Part shown: piece after piece, positions 35,906 to 48,960 of the stretch | How the letters are laid out: each line of letters opens with the position of its first letter | How positions within the stretch are numbered: position 1 is the stretch's first letter | Assembly (NCBI GenBank): GCA_964016885.1 | Contig: OZ024741.1 | Location: 389,050,001 to 389,114,000, forward strand | DNA from: Eledone cirrhosa | Lineage: Eukaryota | Direction: 5' to 3' | DNA length: 64,000 nt | Notes under the pieces: model-generated | Database searches by the model: none | The model's input: only the letters and a program-made list of their open reading frames with translations | Told to the model about the DNA's origin: nothing | Made by a program: the position numbers and the translations under genes

Positions 35906-38365
35906 AAAAAGAGTCATTCACATGCACATTTATACATGTGCTGGTATATTTGCATGTGAGCCAGCATTTTCACATACACCATCATCATCATCGTCATTTT
36001 TACGTCCTTTTTCCATGCTTGCATGGGCCCTTTTCTGCACAGCATCTCTCCGCTCATCATGTTTGTCATTTCCTCTGTGACTTGAGATCAGCTCTAACCA
36101 CCTCTGTTCAGGTATTCCTTGGTTTACCTCTACTGCAGCTTTCTTTCACTGGGATTTCCTGGCACTTCTTCTCCCAGCAATCCATATAGACATATGACTC
36201 ACTAACATTTTTTCTAATATTTATTCAGTCACACTTCCTCTAACAACACTCATATATTTTTCCTAACACTCATTGTCTTTCTTTCTCTAACATCCCCTCC
36301 CTCAGTCATTCTGATAGTTTTTAACTAACTAGATCATATGTTGTACATTGGCATGAGGCTACACATTTGTTGAGAAATCTTTTGTCAGTTGAATCAACTT
36401 CAAAACATAACTTAACAACACTGGAAACTTAAAGACAATGTCAACTTTGGGATGTTTTGAACTCAGTATATTGAAAGTCAAGACTAAATACTCCCCAGAT
36501 AATGTATTTGCTTTGCTGTTTTCTAGGCACAGTTTTTTATGCCACGACCATGAAACTTAAGGGTCAGTCTGCCTCATGGTCCTAGCTGACAGAATGGAGA
36601 AGACATTGCCCTAGAGGACAGTGATGGAAATATGCTGGAACAGCCACTCCATCTCTATTTGATGAAAAATATTGTCATTTTCTCTAAAGCCTAATTAGCT
36701 ATATTGTCATTAGTTATAATTATTAAGAAATGTCAGCACTACATTTTCTTTTTTAAAATTGAATATTTTGTCTTTGTTTATTGCAATTGTGAGTTTTCAA
36801 GAATAAATAGTTTAACTCATCTATTGCAGCATCTAAATGATAATTAGCTGTAAATCTTAGTAAAAAATAATACAGAAAAAATATTAAGATCTTCCTAAAT
36901 AGCCAATGGATCTATAATTTTTTTGTATGATTTTGACTTCAAGTGTTTAGTGAATTTTTTAATTTTTGTGAGATTTGTATAACTGTGCAATATATATAAC
37001 AAATAAATGTTATTTGTTTATCATTTTACCATTTCTTTCTTCTGTGTTGCTGCCATCAGTTGGACATGTCTGTACAACAGTCTGTTTCCCTGTCTCGCAT
37101 ACATCTATTGCCTATACAAACCAGTCACCAATAAAGCCCAATGCATAGAATTGGTTTTGCTACTTGATATATGATTATATACAATTTTATTCTAAAAAAA
37201 TATATATATTGTCGGTTTTTTTTGTGTGGTTGTTTATATATATATAATTTCTTGCTTCCTTGGTTGATTTTGTTGTATTGATCAATCTGAAGACATCTGA
37301 ATGAGAAACTAAACATATCAACTGAGGGTGGGGGAAGTTTGGAAGGGTGGGGGTTTCTTAATGCTGCTGTTGCAGCAATACTTCTCTTCCTTTCTCTTTT
37401 TTCCCCCCTCTCTCTTTAAGCTAACTATAGATGGATATCTGCATCTGACAGCCACAATGTTTTTATACATACTGCATTATCCTTTGGATGAGACTTATTT
37501 CCTATTCAATGTTTGATCGACCCAGATTCTTTAAATTGAAAAAAAATATATATATATCACAAAAAGAAATGTAACTATTTATAAAGTAAATTCACATCTA
37601 TTCTGTCTTCTTTTATTATTTAACTCTCTCCTGTACTTTGTGTTGAAGTATTTTTTATATATACCTATATAAATACACACACACACACAATATCCCTACA
37701 ATTATTGTCCACTTTTTCTATTTTTTCCTGATATAACACACCTGAAGTCTTTCAATTCTTCTATCTCTTTCACACATAAATAGTCAACCTGTTCTAGAAA
37801 TTGTTCACTATAAAATCAAATCCAGATAGATTTTTGTCTTTCTGTAAGGTCTCAGGCTAAAACAGCTGGAAAGAATAAATTTCTATTAAATTTCAACAAC
37901 TCATTCTAGGATATATCCCATTTTGCAAATGTCTGCCCCCCCCCCCCCCCCCCCCCCCCCCAATCTCCTTCCTCTCTTACACCTACATACTGCTTACTAA
38001 CTGATGATGGATGGTGGTCCAGCAATAGAGTTGGCTTAGGACAGCTTTCATTTCTGCCAGTTCTAATCTGGTTAGACAAACTAAGTTAACCTATACTTAC
38101 TAACACAAAGCAGATGGTTGCATCATGATAACTCAATATATCTAATTATAATTGTAAAAGCTATTTCCAAGTGCCAATACATATATAGGTGCAGGCATAA
38201 CCATGTGATTAAGTTTTTCTTTGCAACTACATGCTTTATGGTTCAATCACTCCACAGCTCCATGAGCCAGTGTCATTTATTGTAGCCTTGGGATGGATAG
38301 TACCCTGTAGGTAGAATTCTGTTAACAGAAACTGTGGAGTAAGCTGATTGTGTGTGTGTATACAT

Positions 38366-40785
38366 ATCATCATCATCATCATCATCATCGTTTAACGTCT
38401 ATCTTCCATGCTAGTATGGGTTAGATGGGAATTGTCCCACTTGAGGCAAGATTGGTCGGGTGACCGTGTCTCGCTTGTATGGGACTATCTGGCAGGTTTT
38501 CTATGGTTGGATGCCCTTCCTAACACCAACCACATTTACAGTGTGGACTGGGAGCTTTTTACCGTGTCTAATACACGGCCACATTACATTTTTTTGTTTG
38601 TTTTTATCCTCTACCCTTTTTCCCCTTCTCTCTTTCCTTTTTTTTTATTATGACACCTACATGATCTCATTAGTTTGGACTGGATGTTGTGGTACCAACA
38701 TAACTTTATAGGAAAGGGTGGTGTTGGTGGGAGTGGAAGGGTGGAGTAGGTGTAGTGGGTTTGGAGGGGCCTACTGACTGTAGGTTAACTTTGCACGTAG
38801 GGAATGCGGGTCTTCTGTATTACTGCGTGGTGCCAAAGATCTCGATCCAGTGACATTCTCTTAGAGGAGTGCAAGTGAGCAAGGTCGGAATTTATCAAGT
38901 CATCCCAGGTTTTTCTGGGTCTACCTACTCCATAACTTCCGTCAATTTTGATTGCCCTGCACTTTTTTATACAGCTGTCGTCTTTCATGCACTCTACGTG
39001 ACCATACCAACGTAGTCTTCTCTCAAGTAAACAGCAGCTGATCCCTCTTATTCCTAATTTCTCACTTAGTTCATTTATGTTTAGCCATTTGTGTATATTA
39101 CTATTACATATGCAACGGAACATGCATCCTTCGTTCCCTACCAGTCTCCGCAGGTCCTCTACACACAATGCTCATGTCTCACTGCCATGTAACATTGGTG
39201 TTCGTATGCAGGCATCATACAATCTGCCTTTCATTTTTAGAGAGAAACCTTTTGTGGCCAACAGCGGTATAAGCTCTCTGAATTTTTTCCATCTCATTCT
39301 AGCTCTGGCTACTGTAGTTTCAGAGCACCCTCCACCACTTGCTGATTTTGTCACCCAGGCAACAGAAAGTGTCCACTATTTCTATAGAACCATCTGGGCA
39401 GTAGAATGAGATAGTATCCTGTGGGCACCTGCTACTTATTGCACCTGAGCATCGGCCACATATAAAATCTACGTTCTTAGATAGCTTGCCTGTGATCCCA
39501 CTACATCTTTTATGTACCCATAGTTTGTATTTGTGACATAAAATGGAATTTCTACCTACTCCTTTCCTACACACTGAGCATGGCCATTTACCAGAGGGTA
39601 CCTGTGCCCTATTTTCCTTTCTACATACTAGAACTTTAACCATGTTTCCATATTTGAAATTTCTTCTCTAGTTCAGCCATAGATTCAGCTATGAGCGTTA
39701 GATCATCTGCATATAGAAGTTCCCATGGGCAGCCGGTCTTATACTCCTCTGTTATAGCCTGAAGGGAAATAATAAACAGGAGAGGACTAAGGACAGAGCC
39801 TTGATGAACACTAACTTTTACACTAAATTCTTCACTATATTCATTGTTAAATCTAACCTTGCTGACTGTTTCTTTATACATGGTTTGTATAGCTCTCACA
39901 AGCCATTCATCTACACCTAGTTTTCTAAGGGCCTACCAGATAATGGAGCGGGGACTCTGTCAAAGGCTTTCTCCAAGTCAACAAAAGCTATGTATAGGGG
40001 TCTACTTTTAGCTAGGTACTTCTCCTGTATTTGTCATACAAGGAAAAGAGCATCTGTGGTACTTTTACCTGACACGAACCCAAACTGCATTTCATCTAGA
40101 TCAATTCGATCTCTAATTAGTTGTGCTATAACTCTGTGACCTTCATGACCTGGTCAACTAACTTAATGCCTCTATAGTTTCCTCTATCTAGGGCATCTCC
40201 TTTACCCTTGTAGCAGTTAATGATGATGCTGCTACGCCAGTCTTTTGGTATGACCCCATTCTGTATTACTTGGTTAACTATGCGGGTGACCATAGTGTGT
40301 CCGGGTGACCATTGGTGTCCCACCATTCCAGATACCTGCAACATCTCAGCAACTATCTCCGAAGGCCCAGCTGCCTTGCCTGTCTTCATATCTTTGATTG
40401 CCTTACTTATTATACTACCTTTAACTTGCACTGCTGGTCCTTCTATTGGATTGATTTGGTACAGACTATCTTTATCCCATTTATTCTCCTCATTTAGAAG
40501 TCCCTCATAGTGACACTTCCAAGCTACCTTCTTATCAGCATCAGTGAGGACAAGTACACCATCATCATTACGGACACACTTCTCCCCGACAATATCACAG
40601 TTTTCCTTGACACATTATCTTGCGATCATGAACACCTCACGTTTTTGGTCCTCACGTTGTAGAACATGCTTGAACTTTTTATCCTCTGCCTCCCTTCTTG
40701 CAAGGTACACTTGTCTCCTAGCTTCTCTACTTCTCCCATCCCGCCATACTTTCCAAGCCTGCTTTTTGGCCTTGATTGTCTCGAT
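38366..40785 (-). mobile_element. 5'-truncated, decayed PHD-RTE LINE subfamily B
   Basis: Fragmented ORFs collinear with 31239-33311, including YADD and CSVC..CHKY..WVHKRC..CGRC; stops and frameshifts; (CAT)n tail at 38366-38389. Confidence 0.93.
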
Positions 40786-41544
40786 CGTATATTTATATTT
40801 ATAAATACATATACATATAATAGTAGGAGTGGGTACCTCTAGAAGAAAGATAACTTCATATATTTGTACAAGAATATATATATAATCACCATCATTTTAT
40901 CATTTACTTTCCCTGCTAGCAAAGGTTGAACAGGTCTACATAGACCAAGTAAGTACTGAAGCAGGGCTACTGATCTCCCAGACTGGTCGAGGAGTCTGCA
41001 TCTTGCTTACATGCAGTCTCATATTCTACCGAGTGCACACAAGAGGTTGTCATGTCTTTGACATAACTGAGTCCTCCAAACCCTTTGTTTGGCGAGCTTT
41101 CTATGGGTGGGGGTGCTTACTGTGTAGGTCACTAATGCTAAGGAGATTGTCATGTCCTTGACATGATTGAGGGGTCCTCTCAGTTCTTTTTTATTGGTCT
41201 TTTAAAGAAGCCCTTGCTGTGTTAAAAACTGGGCAGTCATTAGAAGGTATTGTACCTTCAATTCCCTCAACAGCATCTCAGTAAGACTTAATATACCCAG
41301 TTAAGCACCACCACCTACTCTTGGATGCCTTTAGTGTAGAGCACACTGCTTCAAGTATTCAGGCAAGTTCTCTTATTAAAGGATAACTTCTTTTAATTTA
41401 AATAATAAAAGTTATATAAACATTTCAAACAAAAAGTTGTGAAAAATAATAAATATATAGGATTTTAAAGTTCTACATATTGCTTTATTCTCTTACTGGT
41501 TTTAGTCATTAGCCTGCAGTCATGTTGGGGCACTATCACACCAT

Positions 41545-41739
41545 ACTTTGAATGAAAGACATTGCCTATAGCTTTCAAATCATTTTGAAACTCATTATTA
41601 AGTTGGTGCTTGGAACATAAAAGTTCTTACATGAAATTATGATGGAAGGTTTTTAGATAAATGTAAAAATGTTAAGATAAACAGTTTTGTATTGTTGAAC
41701 TAAGGGTAGTTTCAAACAGTTTGGTATCAAAAGGTTTAA
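41545..41739. mobile_element. MITE family M partial copy
   Basis: ctcattattaagttggtgcttggaacata...gtttggtatcaaaaggtttaa. Confidence 0.65.
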
Positions 41740-41852
41740 AGGGGCCTACTCGATTATATTCATCAATCACTTTTTATTGAACTGTTAAGCTCTAGAACTT
41801 AAACTCCCTCTCTCACATTTTTTCTCAAAAGATAAACTTTCTGTTCCTTCCT

Positions 41853-44800
41853 CTTCTCACTCTATCTTCTATTTCATCTTTTATTTCTCACTCTATCTTC
41901 TATTTCATCTTTTATTTCTCATTCTATCTTCTATTTCGTCTTTTATTTCTCACTCTATCTTCTATTTCATCTTTTATTTCTCATTCTATCTTCTATTTCA
42001 TCTTTTATTTCTCATTCTATCTTCTATTTCATCTTTTATTTCTCATTCTATCTTCTATTTCATCTTATATTTCTCACTCTATCTTCTATTTCATCTTTTA
42101 TTTCTCACTCTATCTTCTATTTTATCTTTTATTTCTTATTCTATCATTCTATTTCATCTTTTATTTCTCATTCTATCTTCTATTTCATCTTTTATTTCTC
42201 ACTCTATCTTTATTTCATCTTTTATTTCTCATTCTATCTTCTATTTCATCTTTTATTTCTCATTCTATCTTTCTATTTCATCTTTTATTTCTCACTCTAT
42301 CTTCTATTTCATCTTTTATTTCTCATTCTATCTTCTATTTCATCTTTTATTTCTCATTCTATCTTCTATTTCATCTTTTATTTCTCATTCTATCTTCTAT
42401 TTCATCTTTTATTTCTCATTCTCTCTTCTATTTCATCTTTTATTTCTCACTCTATCTTCTATTTCATCTTTTATTTCTCACTCTATCTTCTATTTCATCT
42501 TTTATTTCTCACTCTATCTTCTATTTCATCTTTTATTTCTCATTCTATCTTCTATTTCATCTTTTATTTCTCATTCTATCTTCTATTTCATCTTTTATTT
42601 CTCACTCTATCTTCTATTTCATCTTTTATTTCTCATTCTAGCTTCTATTTCATCTTTTATTTCTCATTCTATCTTCTATTTCATCTTCTATTTCTCACTC
42701 TATCTTCTATTTCATCTTTTATTTCTCATTCTATCTTCTATTTCATCTTTTATTTCTCACTCTATCTTCTATTTCATCTTTTATTTCTCACTCTATCTTC
42801 TATTTCATCTTTTATTTCTCATTCTATCTTCTATTTCATCTTTTATTTCTCATTCTATCTTCTATTTCATCTTTTATTTCTCATTCTATCTTCTATTTCA
42901 TCTTTTATTTCTCATTCTATCTTTCTATTTCATTTTTTATTTCTCATTCTATCTTTCTATTTCATCTTTTATTTCTCATTCTCTCTTCTATTTCATCTTT
43001 TATTTCTCATTCTATCTTCTATTTCATCTTTTATTTCTCATTCTATCTTCTATTTCATCTTTTATTTCTCATTCTATCTTCTATTTCATCTTTTATTTCT
43101 CATTCTATCTTTCTATTTCATTTTTTATTTCTCATTCTATCTTTCTATTTCATCTTTTATTTCTCATTCTCTCTTCTATTTCATCTTTTATTTCTCACTC
43201 TATCTTCTATTTCATCTTTTATTTCTCATTCTATCTTCCATTTCATCTTTTATTTCTCACTCTATCTTCTATTTCATCTTTTATTTCGCATTCTATCTTC
43301 TATTTCATCTTTTATTTCTCATTCTATCTTTCTATTTCATCTTTTATTTCTCAGTCTATCTTCTATTTCATCTTTTATTTCTCATTCTATCTTCTATTTC
43401 ATCTTTTATTTCTCATTCTATCTCCTATTTCATCTTTTATTTCTCATTCTATCTTCTATTTCATCTTTTATTTCTCACTCTATCTTCTATTTCATCTTTT
43501 ATTTCTCACTCTATCTTCTATTTCATCTTTTATTTCTCATTCTATCTTCTATTTCATCTTTTATTTCTCATTCTATCTTCTATTTCATCTTTTATTTCTC
43601 ATTCTATCTTTCTATTTCATCTTTTATTTCTCACTCTATCTTCTATTTCATCTTTTATTTCTCATTCTATCTTCTATTTCATCTTTTATTTCTCACTCTA
43701 TCTTCTATTTCATCTTTTATTTCTCATTCTATCTTCTATTTCATGTTTTATTTCTCATTCTATCTTCTATTTCATCTTTTATTTCTCACTCTATTTCATC
43801 TTTTATTTCTCACTCTATCTTCTATTTCATCTTTTATTTCTCACTCTATCTTCTATTTCATCTTTTATTTCTCATTCTATCTTCTATTTCATCTTTTATT
43901 TCTCATTCTATCTTCTATTTCATCTTTTATTTCTCACTCTATCTTCTATTTCATCTTTTATTTCTCATTCTATCTTCTATTTCATCTTTTATTTCTCATT
44001 CTATCTTCTATTTCATCTTCTATTTCTCACTCTATCTTCTATTTCATCTTTTATTTCTCATTCTATCTTCTATTTCATCTTTTATTTCTCACTCTATCTT
44101 CTATTTCATCTTTTATTTCTCATTCTATCTTCTATTTCATCTTTTATTTCTCATTCTATCTTCTATTTCATCTTTTATTTCTCACTCTATCTTCTATTTC
44201 ATCTTTTATTTCTCATTCTATCTTCTATTTCATCTTTTATTTCTCATTCTATCTTCTATTTCATCTTTTATTTCTCATTCTATCTTCTATTTCATCTTTT
44301 ATTTCTCATTCTATCTTCTATTTCATCTTTTATTTCTCATTCTATCTTTCTATTTCATCTTTTATTTCTCATTCTATCTTTCTATTTCATCTTTTATTTC
44401 TCATTCTCTCTTCTATTTCATCTTTTATTTCTCACTCTATCTTTATTTCATCTTTTATTTCTCATTCTATCTTCTATTTCATCTTTTATTTCTCACTCTA
44501 TCTTCTATTTTATCTTTTATTTCTCATTCTATCTTTCTATTTCATCTTCTATTTCATCTTTTATTTCTCATTCTATCTTCAATTTCATCTTTTATTTCTC
44601 ATTCTCTCTTCTATTTCATCTTTTATTTCTCACTCTATCTTCTATTTCATCTTTTATTTCTCATTCTATCTTCTATTTCATCTTTTATTTCTCACTCTAT
44701 CTTCTATTTCATCTTTTATTTCTCATTCTATCTTCTATTTCATCTTTTATTTCTCACTCTATCTTCTATTTCATCTTTTATTTCTCACTCTATCTTCTAT

Positions 44801-45876
44801 TTCATCTTTTATTTCTCATTCTATCTTCTATTTCATCTTTTATTTCTCATTCTATCTTCTATTTCATCTTTTATTTCTCATTCTATCTTCTATTTCATCT
44901 TTTATTTCTCATTCTATCTTCTATTTCATCTTTTATTTCTCATTCTATCTTTCTATTTCATCTTTTATTTCTCATTCTATCTTTCTATTTCATCTTTTAT
45001 TTCTCATTCTCTCTTCTATTTCATCTTTTATTTCTCATTCTATCTTCCATTTCATCTTTTATTTCTCACTCTATCTTTATTTCATCTTTTATTTCTCATT
45101 CTATCTTCTATTTCATCTTTTATTTCTCACTCTATCTTCTATTTTATCTTTTATTTCTCATTCTATCTTTCTATTTCATCTTCTATTTCATCTTTTATTT
45201 CTCATTCTATCTTCAATTTCATCTTTTATTTCTCATTCTATCTTCTATTTCATCTTTTATTTCTCACTCTATCTTCTATTTCATCTTTTATTTCTCATTC
45301 CATCTTCTATTTCATCTTTTATTTCTCATTCCATCTTCTATTTCATCTTTTATTTCTCATTATATCTTCTATTTCATCTTTTATTTCTCACTCTATCTTC
45401 TATTTCATCTTTTATTTCTCATTCTATCTTCAATTTCATCTTTTATTTCTCATTCTATCTTCTATTTCATCTTTTACTTCTCATTCTATCTTCTATTTCA
45501 TCTTTTATTTCTCATTCTATCTTCTATTTCATCTTTTATTTCTCATTATATCTTTCTATTTCATCTTTTATTTCTCATTCTCTCTTCTATTTCATCTTTT
45601 ATTTCTCACTCTATCTTCTATTTCATCTTTTATTTCTCATTCTATCTTCCATTTCATCTTTTATTTCTCACTCTATCTTCTATTTCATCTTTTATTTCTC
45701 ATTCTATCTTCTATTTCATCTTTTATTTCTCATTCTATCTTCTATTTCATCTTCTATTTCTCACTCTATCTTCTATTTCATCTTTTATTTCTCATTCTAT
45801 CTTCTATTTCATCTTTTATTTCTCATTCTATCTTCTATTTCATCTCTTATTTCTCATTCTATCTTTCTATTTCATC
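41853..45876. repeat. 31-bp pyrimidine-rich satellite array, left arm
   Basis: Unit tttctca(t/c)tctatcttctatttcatctttta; the 31-aa periodicity of the translation (93 nt = 3 units) confirms the period. Confidence 0.98.
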
Positions 45877-48800
45877 AGAATTAAGGATAAGGACTTTTTA
45901 AGTTGTCCAAAAATGCGCATGGTTGGCTATTCAGACCACAAATTAGTGACCTGCATGGTCAACCTTGACAGAACTCATAGACAGGGCCCCGGTTACTGGA
46001 AGCTCAACTTGTCCTTGCCGGCAAGTAGAGCCTACAGGAATCGGATTAGTACGTTAGTTAAGGAACGGTTGACTGGAGCGATCGTCAACAGCAGGTGGTG
46101 GGTATCTCTAAAGAGAGAGATTAGAGTAGTCTCGATAGAATTTAGTAAGGTTCTAGCTGCGGATAGGAATAGGAAGGAAAGGGAGCTAATAGATAGAGTA
46201 GAAGAGGCAATTAGAAGCGGCGACGTGGCCAGAGTGCTAGCGTCGAGAACGGCTTTGAGCCAGTTTTTCGACGCGAAGCACGAAGGCTGCGTTGTCCGAA
46301 GTAAAATACGTGCTCTAGGGAACGAGGGGACCAAAGCTGTTAGCTGGGCCCGCGTGACAGAGGCCAACAGTGGAACTAAATCCACCATCCGGTCTTTGCG
46401 AGACCTGGATGGACGGGCGATTCTTGGGCCTAAGCAGATGTGTGAGGCCTTTCAAAGGCACTTTGCCCGACTGTTCGGGAGGGGCGGGGAGCCGGTTGGG
46501 AACGTGGACTTCGGTCCATACCTCGACGGCCTGCCGCGCCTCTCGGACAGGGAGGCGAAGTCCTGCGAGGAGCCGATTTCGGCCGCTGAGATAGAGGACG
46601 TGCTGAGCCAATGCGGCAAACGCAAATCCCCGGGTCTCGATGGTCTTCCTTACGAATTATATCTAGCTATGCCGGACTTGTTCCCCGATCTCCTCGAGGC
46701 GGTCTACTGCAACTGGCAACAGAATGGGAGAATTCCCTGTACTGTGACCAAGGGCGTAGTCACGCTAGTGAGGAAGGACGAGAACAAGGGGGACGAAATA
46801 AGTAACTTCAGGCCCATAACTCTGCTAAATACAGAGTTACAGATTTTGGCCAAGGTGCTAGCAAAGAGGTTGGCGCTTGTCGTGGGCAACCTGGTGGGAG
46901 ATGCGCAGACATGCGCTATCCCGTCCAGGTCCATCCATGACAACCTCCACCTCATGCGATACATCATAGAGAGGGTTGGGAACGAACCCGGCTTTGGTGG
47001 GGCTCTGATCAACTTGGATCAATCTAAGGCGTTCGATAGGGTCGACCATGGTTACCTGGATGCGGTGCTAGCGGCGGCAGGCTTCGGACCCGTTTTCAGG
47101 GGCTGGATCACTGCTATGCACAGCAGCCGCATCTGCTCTAGGGTCAAGGTGAACGGCTACCTCTCGGAGCCGTTCAAAATCGCGCGGTCCATCCGACAGG
47201 GGTGCCCTCTCTCCTCCCTTCTGTATGTGTTGACTCTCGAGCCACTACTGCGGAAGTTGGAGTTGTTGCAGGGCATCCCTTTGGAACCGGGATTGCGGAA
47301 AGCGGTGTCGGCCTACGCCGATGACGTGACAGTAATGGTGTCGACGGCCTCCGAAATCGAGGCGGTCGGCACCTTACTGGAGGAGTACGAAAAGTTCACA
47401 GGGGCTAAGCTGAACCGGGACAAGTCGATCGGTTTGCAACTCGGCACGTGGAGGGGCAGACCGATGCCCTCCGATGGCGTCGTCGGACGCTGGACGGAGG
47501 GCCCGGTGAAGTTGCTCGGGGTCTGGTTCGGACCGGACCTCCAGGTGGAGAAAAACTGGGCGGAGGTTACGAACAGGGTGTTTGCACTGACCCAGAAGTG
47601 GGCCAGTTGCAAACTATCCCTGAAAGGTCGGGCGGAGGTGGCGAACACCTACATAGCGTCCGTCATCTACTACCGCCTGACCGTAGTGCCCTGCCCAAGG
47701 GAAACCCTCACCAAGATGGAGCGCGCGCTCTTCCAATTCCTTTGGAAGAGGCGGGCTCCTATGGTGAGGAGATCCATCTGCTGTCAACACCCTTCGAAAG
47801 GAGGGCTGGGGATGCCGTGGCTAATGATGCGTAAACACGCATTAAGGCTACGGCACCTCTACGTATTCCTCACCGGACAACCGGTGTGGGCCTCGTTTGT
47901 GAGGCGAACCTTTCCCAGACTCGTCTCACTCACCGAGCTGCAATCCTGGGTCAAGCAAAGACCGAGAAAACTGGGCGCCTGGCACACTGAGTGTGCCCAG
48001 GCGCTCACCGCCCTCTGGCAGGCGGATCCGGTTATCAGTGGAGACTCCACCGCAACATTCTATAGAGGGCTGGTACGCAGCAGGTGCGACGACGCCCTCG
48101 GAGAAGCCCTAGACATGGAGGAGGACGAACTGGCCAGCCTGTTCGGTAGGACATTCAGCCCGGGACCTATGGACAACTTCCAGAAGTCCCTGGCCTGGCA
48201 GTGCTACCGAGGGGCTTTACCCGTTCGAGAAAGGCTCTACAGACACGGGCGCCCGGGTAGGGACCCCGCCAAAAAGATCTGTCCCAGATGCGTGTGCGAC
48301 GAGGAAACCGTTGCACACGCATTGGTACACTGCTCGGGCGTAGCCGATCTGTGGGGCTATGTCGAACAACTGCTGTCAAGGGTGGAACCGATCCGGTTGA
48401 CCACCGAGTCTATTGTAATGATCAAGCCGCCTCCCCCCTTCAAAGATGAAGCAGAGGCGGTGTTTCTGTGCGTAATAGCCATGGCGAAAGAGGTTGTATG
48501 GTGGACGCGTCTGAAAGGACTGAGGTCAGGCACCTTTCTCTCTGGCCAACAACTGGTCCGTTTCTTCCGATATCATTTCGGAAGAAGGATCAGGATGGAG
48601 AGAGAGGTGCTGCACCCCAGCCGTTTCTATGAAAGATGGGTGAAAGTGGCGAGAATGGCCCGTGTGAATGGGCCTTCACTCTACATCAGACTATAGGTGA
48701 GGAAGATGAAAGACCAAGGGAGCACCCCTTCTCTGTGCTCCTGAGGAGAAGGGTTGCACACTTTTTTCGGGGGTGTGTGCGACCCCCCAAGGCGCCTCCT

Positions 48801-48960
48801 CTCTATTGAGGATTTTGTTAAAAATTTTATTTTTTGTTATATCTTATTTTATTTTTATATTTTGTTATTGCCTCCTCCTTATTGAGGACGCCTTTTTGTG
48901 TAAACTCCCCCCTTTGTACTTGTCCCACTTTTGATGCCCTAGTGGCAAATAAAAGAAATA
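45877..48960 (+). mobile_element. 5'-truncated Tx1/L1-group non-LTR retrotransposon inserted in the satellite, 17-bp TSD
   Basis: TSD tatctttctatttcatc at 45860-45876 and 48961-48977; ORF2, 3'UTR and AATAAA at 48948-48953. Confidence 0.95.
45913..48696 (+). CDS. Tx1-like ORF2: end of APE endonuclease, reverse transcriptase, C-terminal CCHC zinc knuckle
   Basis: SDH (APE C-terminus), GPGYWKLN, KSPGLDGLPYE, NFRPITLLN, LDQSKAFDRVDH, RQGCPLS, YADD, CPRC...HALVHC; frame is open from the junction at 45877. Confidence 0.95.
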   Translation: MRMVGYSDHKLVTCMVNLDRTHRQGPGYWKLNLSLPASRAYRNRISTLVKERLTGAIVNSRWWVSLKREIRVVSIEFSKVLAADRNRKERELIDRVEEAIRSGDVARVLASRTALSQFFDAKHEGCVVRSKIRALGNEGTKAVSWARVTEANSGTKSTIRSLRDLDGRAILGPKQMCEAFQRHFARLFGRGGEPVGNVDFGPYLDGLPRLSDREAKSCEEPISAAEIEDVLSQCGKRKSPGLDGLPYELYLAMPDLFPDLLEAVYCNWQQNGRIPCTVTKGVVTLVRKDENKGDEISNFRPITLLNTELQILAKVLAKRLALVVGNLVGDAQTCAIPSRSIHDNLHLMRYIIERVGNEPGFGGALINLDQSKAFDRVDHGYLDAVLAAAGFGPVFRGWITAMHSSRICSRVKVNGYLSEPFKIARSIRQGCPLSSLLYVLTLEPLLRKLELLQGIPLEPGLRKAVSAYADDVTVMVSTASEIEAVGTLLEEYEKFTGAKLNRDKSIGLQLGTWRGRPMPSDGVVGRWTEGPVKLLGVWFGPDLQVEKNWAEVTNRVFALTQKWASCKLSLKGRAEVANTYIASVIYYRLTVVPCPRETLTKMERALFQFLWKRRAPMVRRSICCQHPSKGGLGMPWLMMRKHALRLRHLYVFLTGQPVWASFVRRTFPRLVSLTELQSWVKQRPRKLGAWHTECAQALTALWQADPVISGDSTATFYRGLVRSRCDDALGEALDMEEDELASLFGRTFSPGPMDNFQKSLAWQCYRGALPVRERLYRHGRPGRDPAKKICPRCVCDEETVAHALVHCSGVADLWGYVEQLLSRVEPIRLTTESIVMIKPPPPFKDEAEAVFLCVIAMAKEVVWWTRLKGLRSGTFLSGQQLVRFFRYHFGRRIRMEREVLHPSRFYERWVKVARMARVNGPSLYIRL

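Noticed and set aside
37935-37961. Poly-C run as a functional G-quadruplex
   Set aside because: A simple homopolymer with no supporting context; its length is also prone to sequencing error.
37995-38040. Second hammerhead candidate (ctgatga-tgga..tcca-gcaa)
   Set aside because: It has GCAA instead of GAAA and lacks convincing stems I and III.
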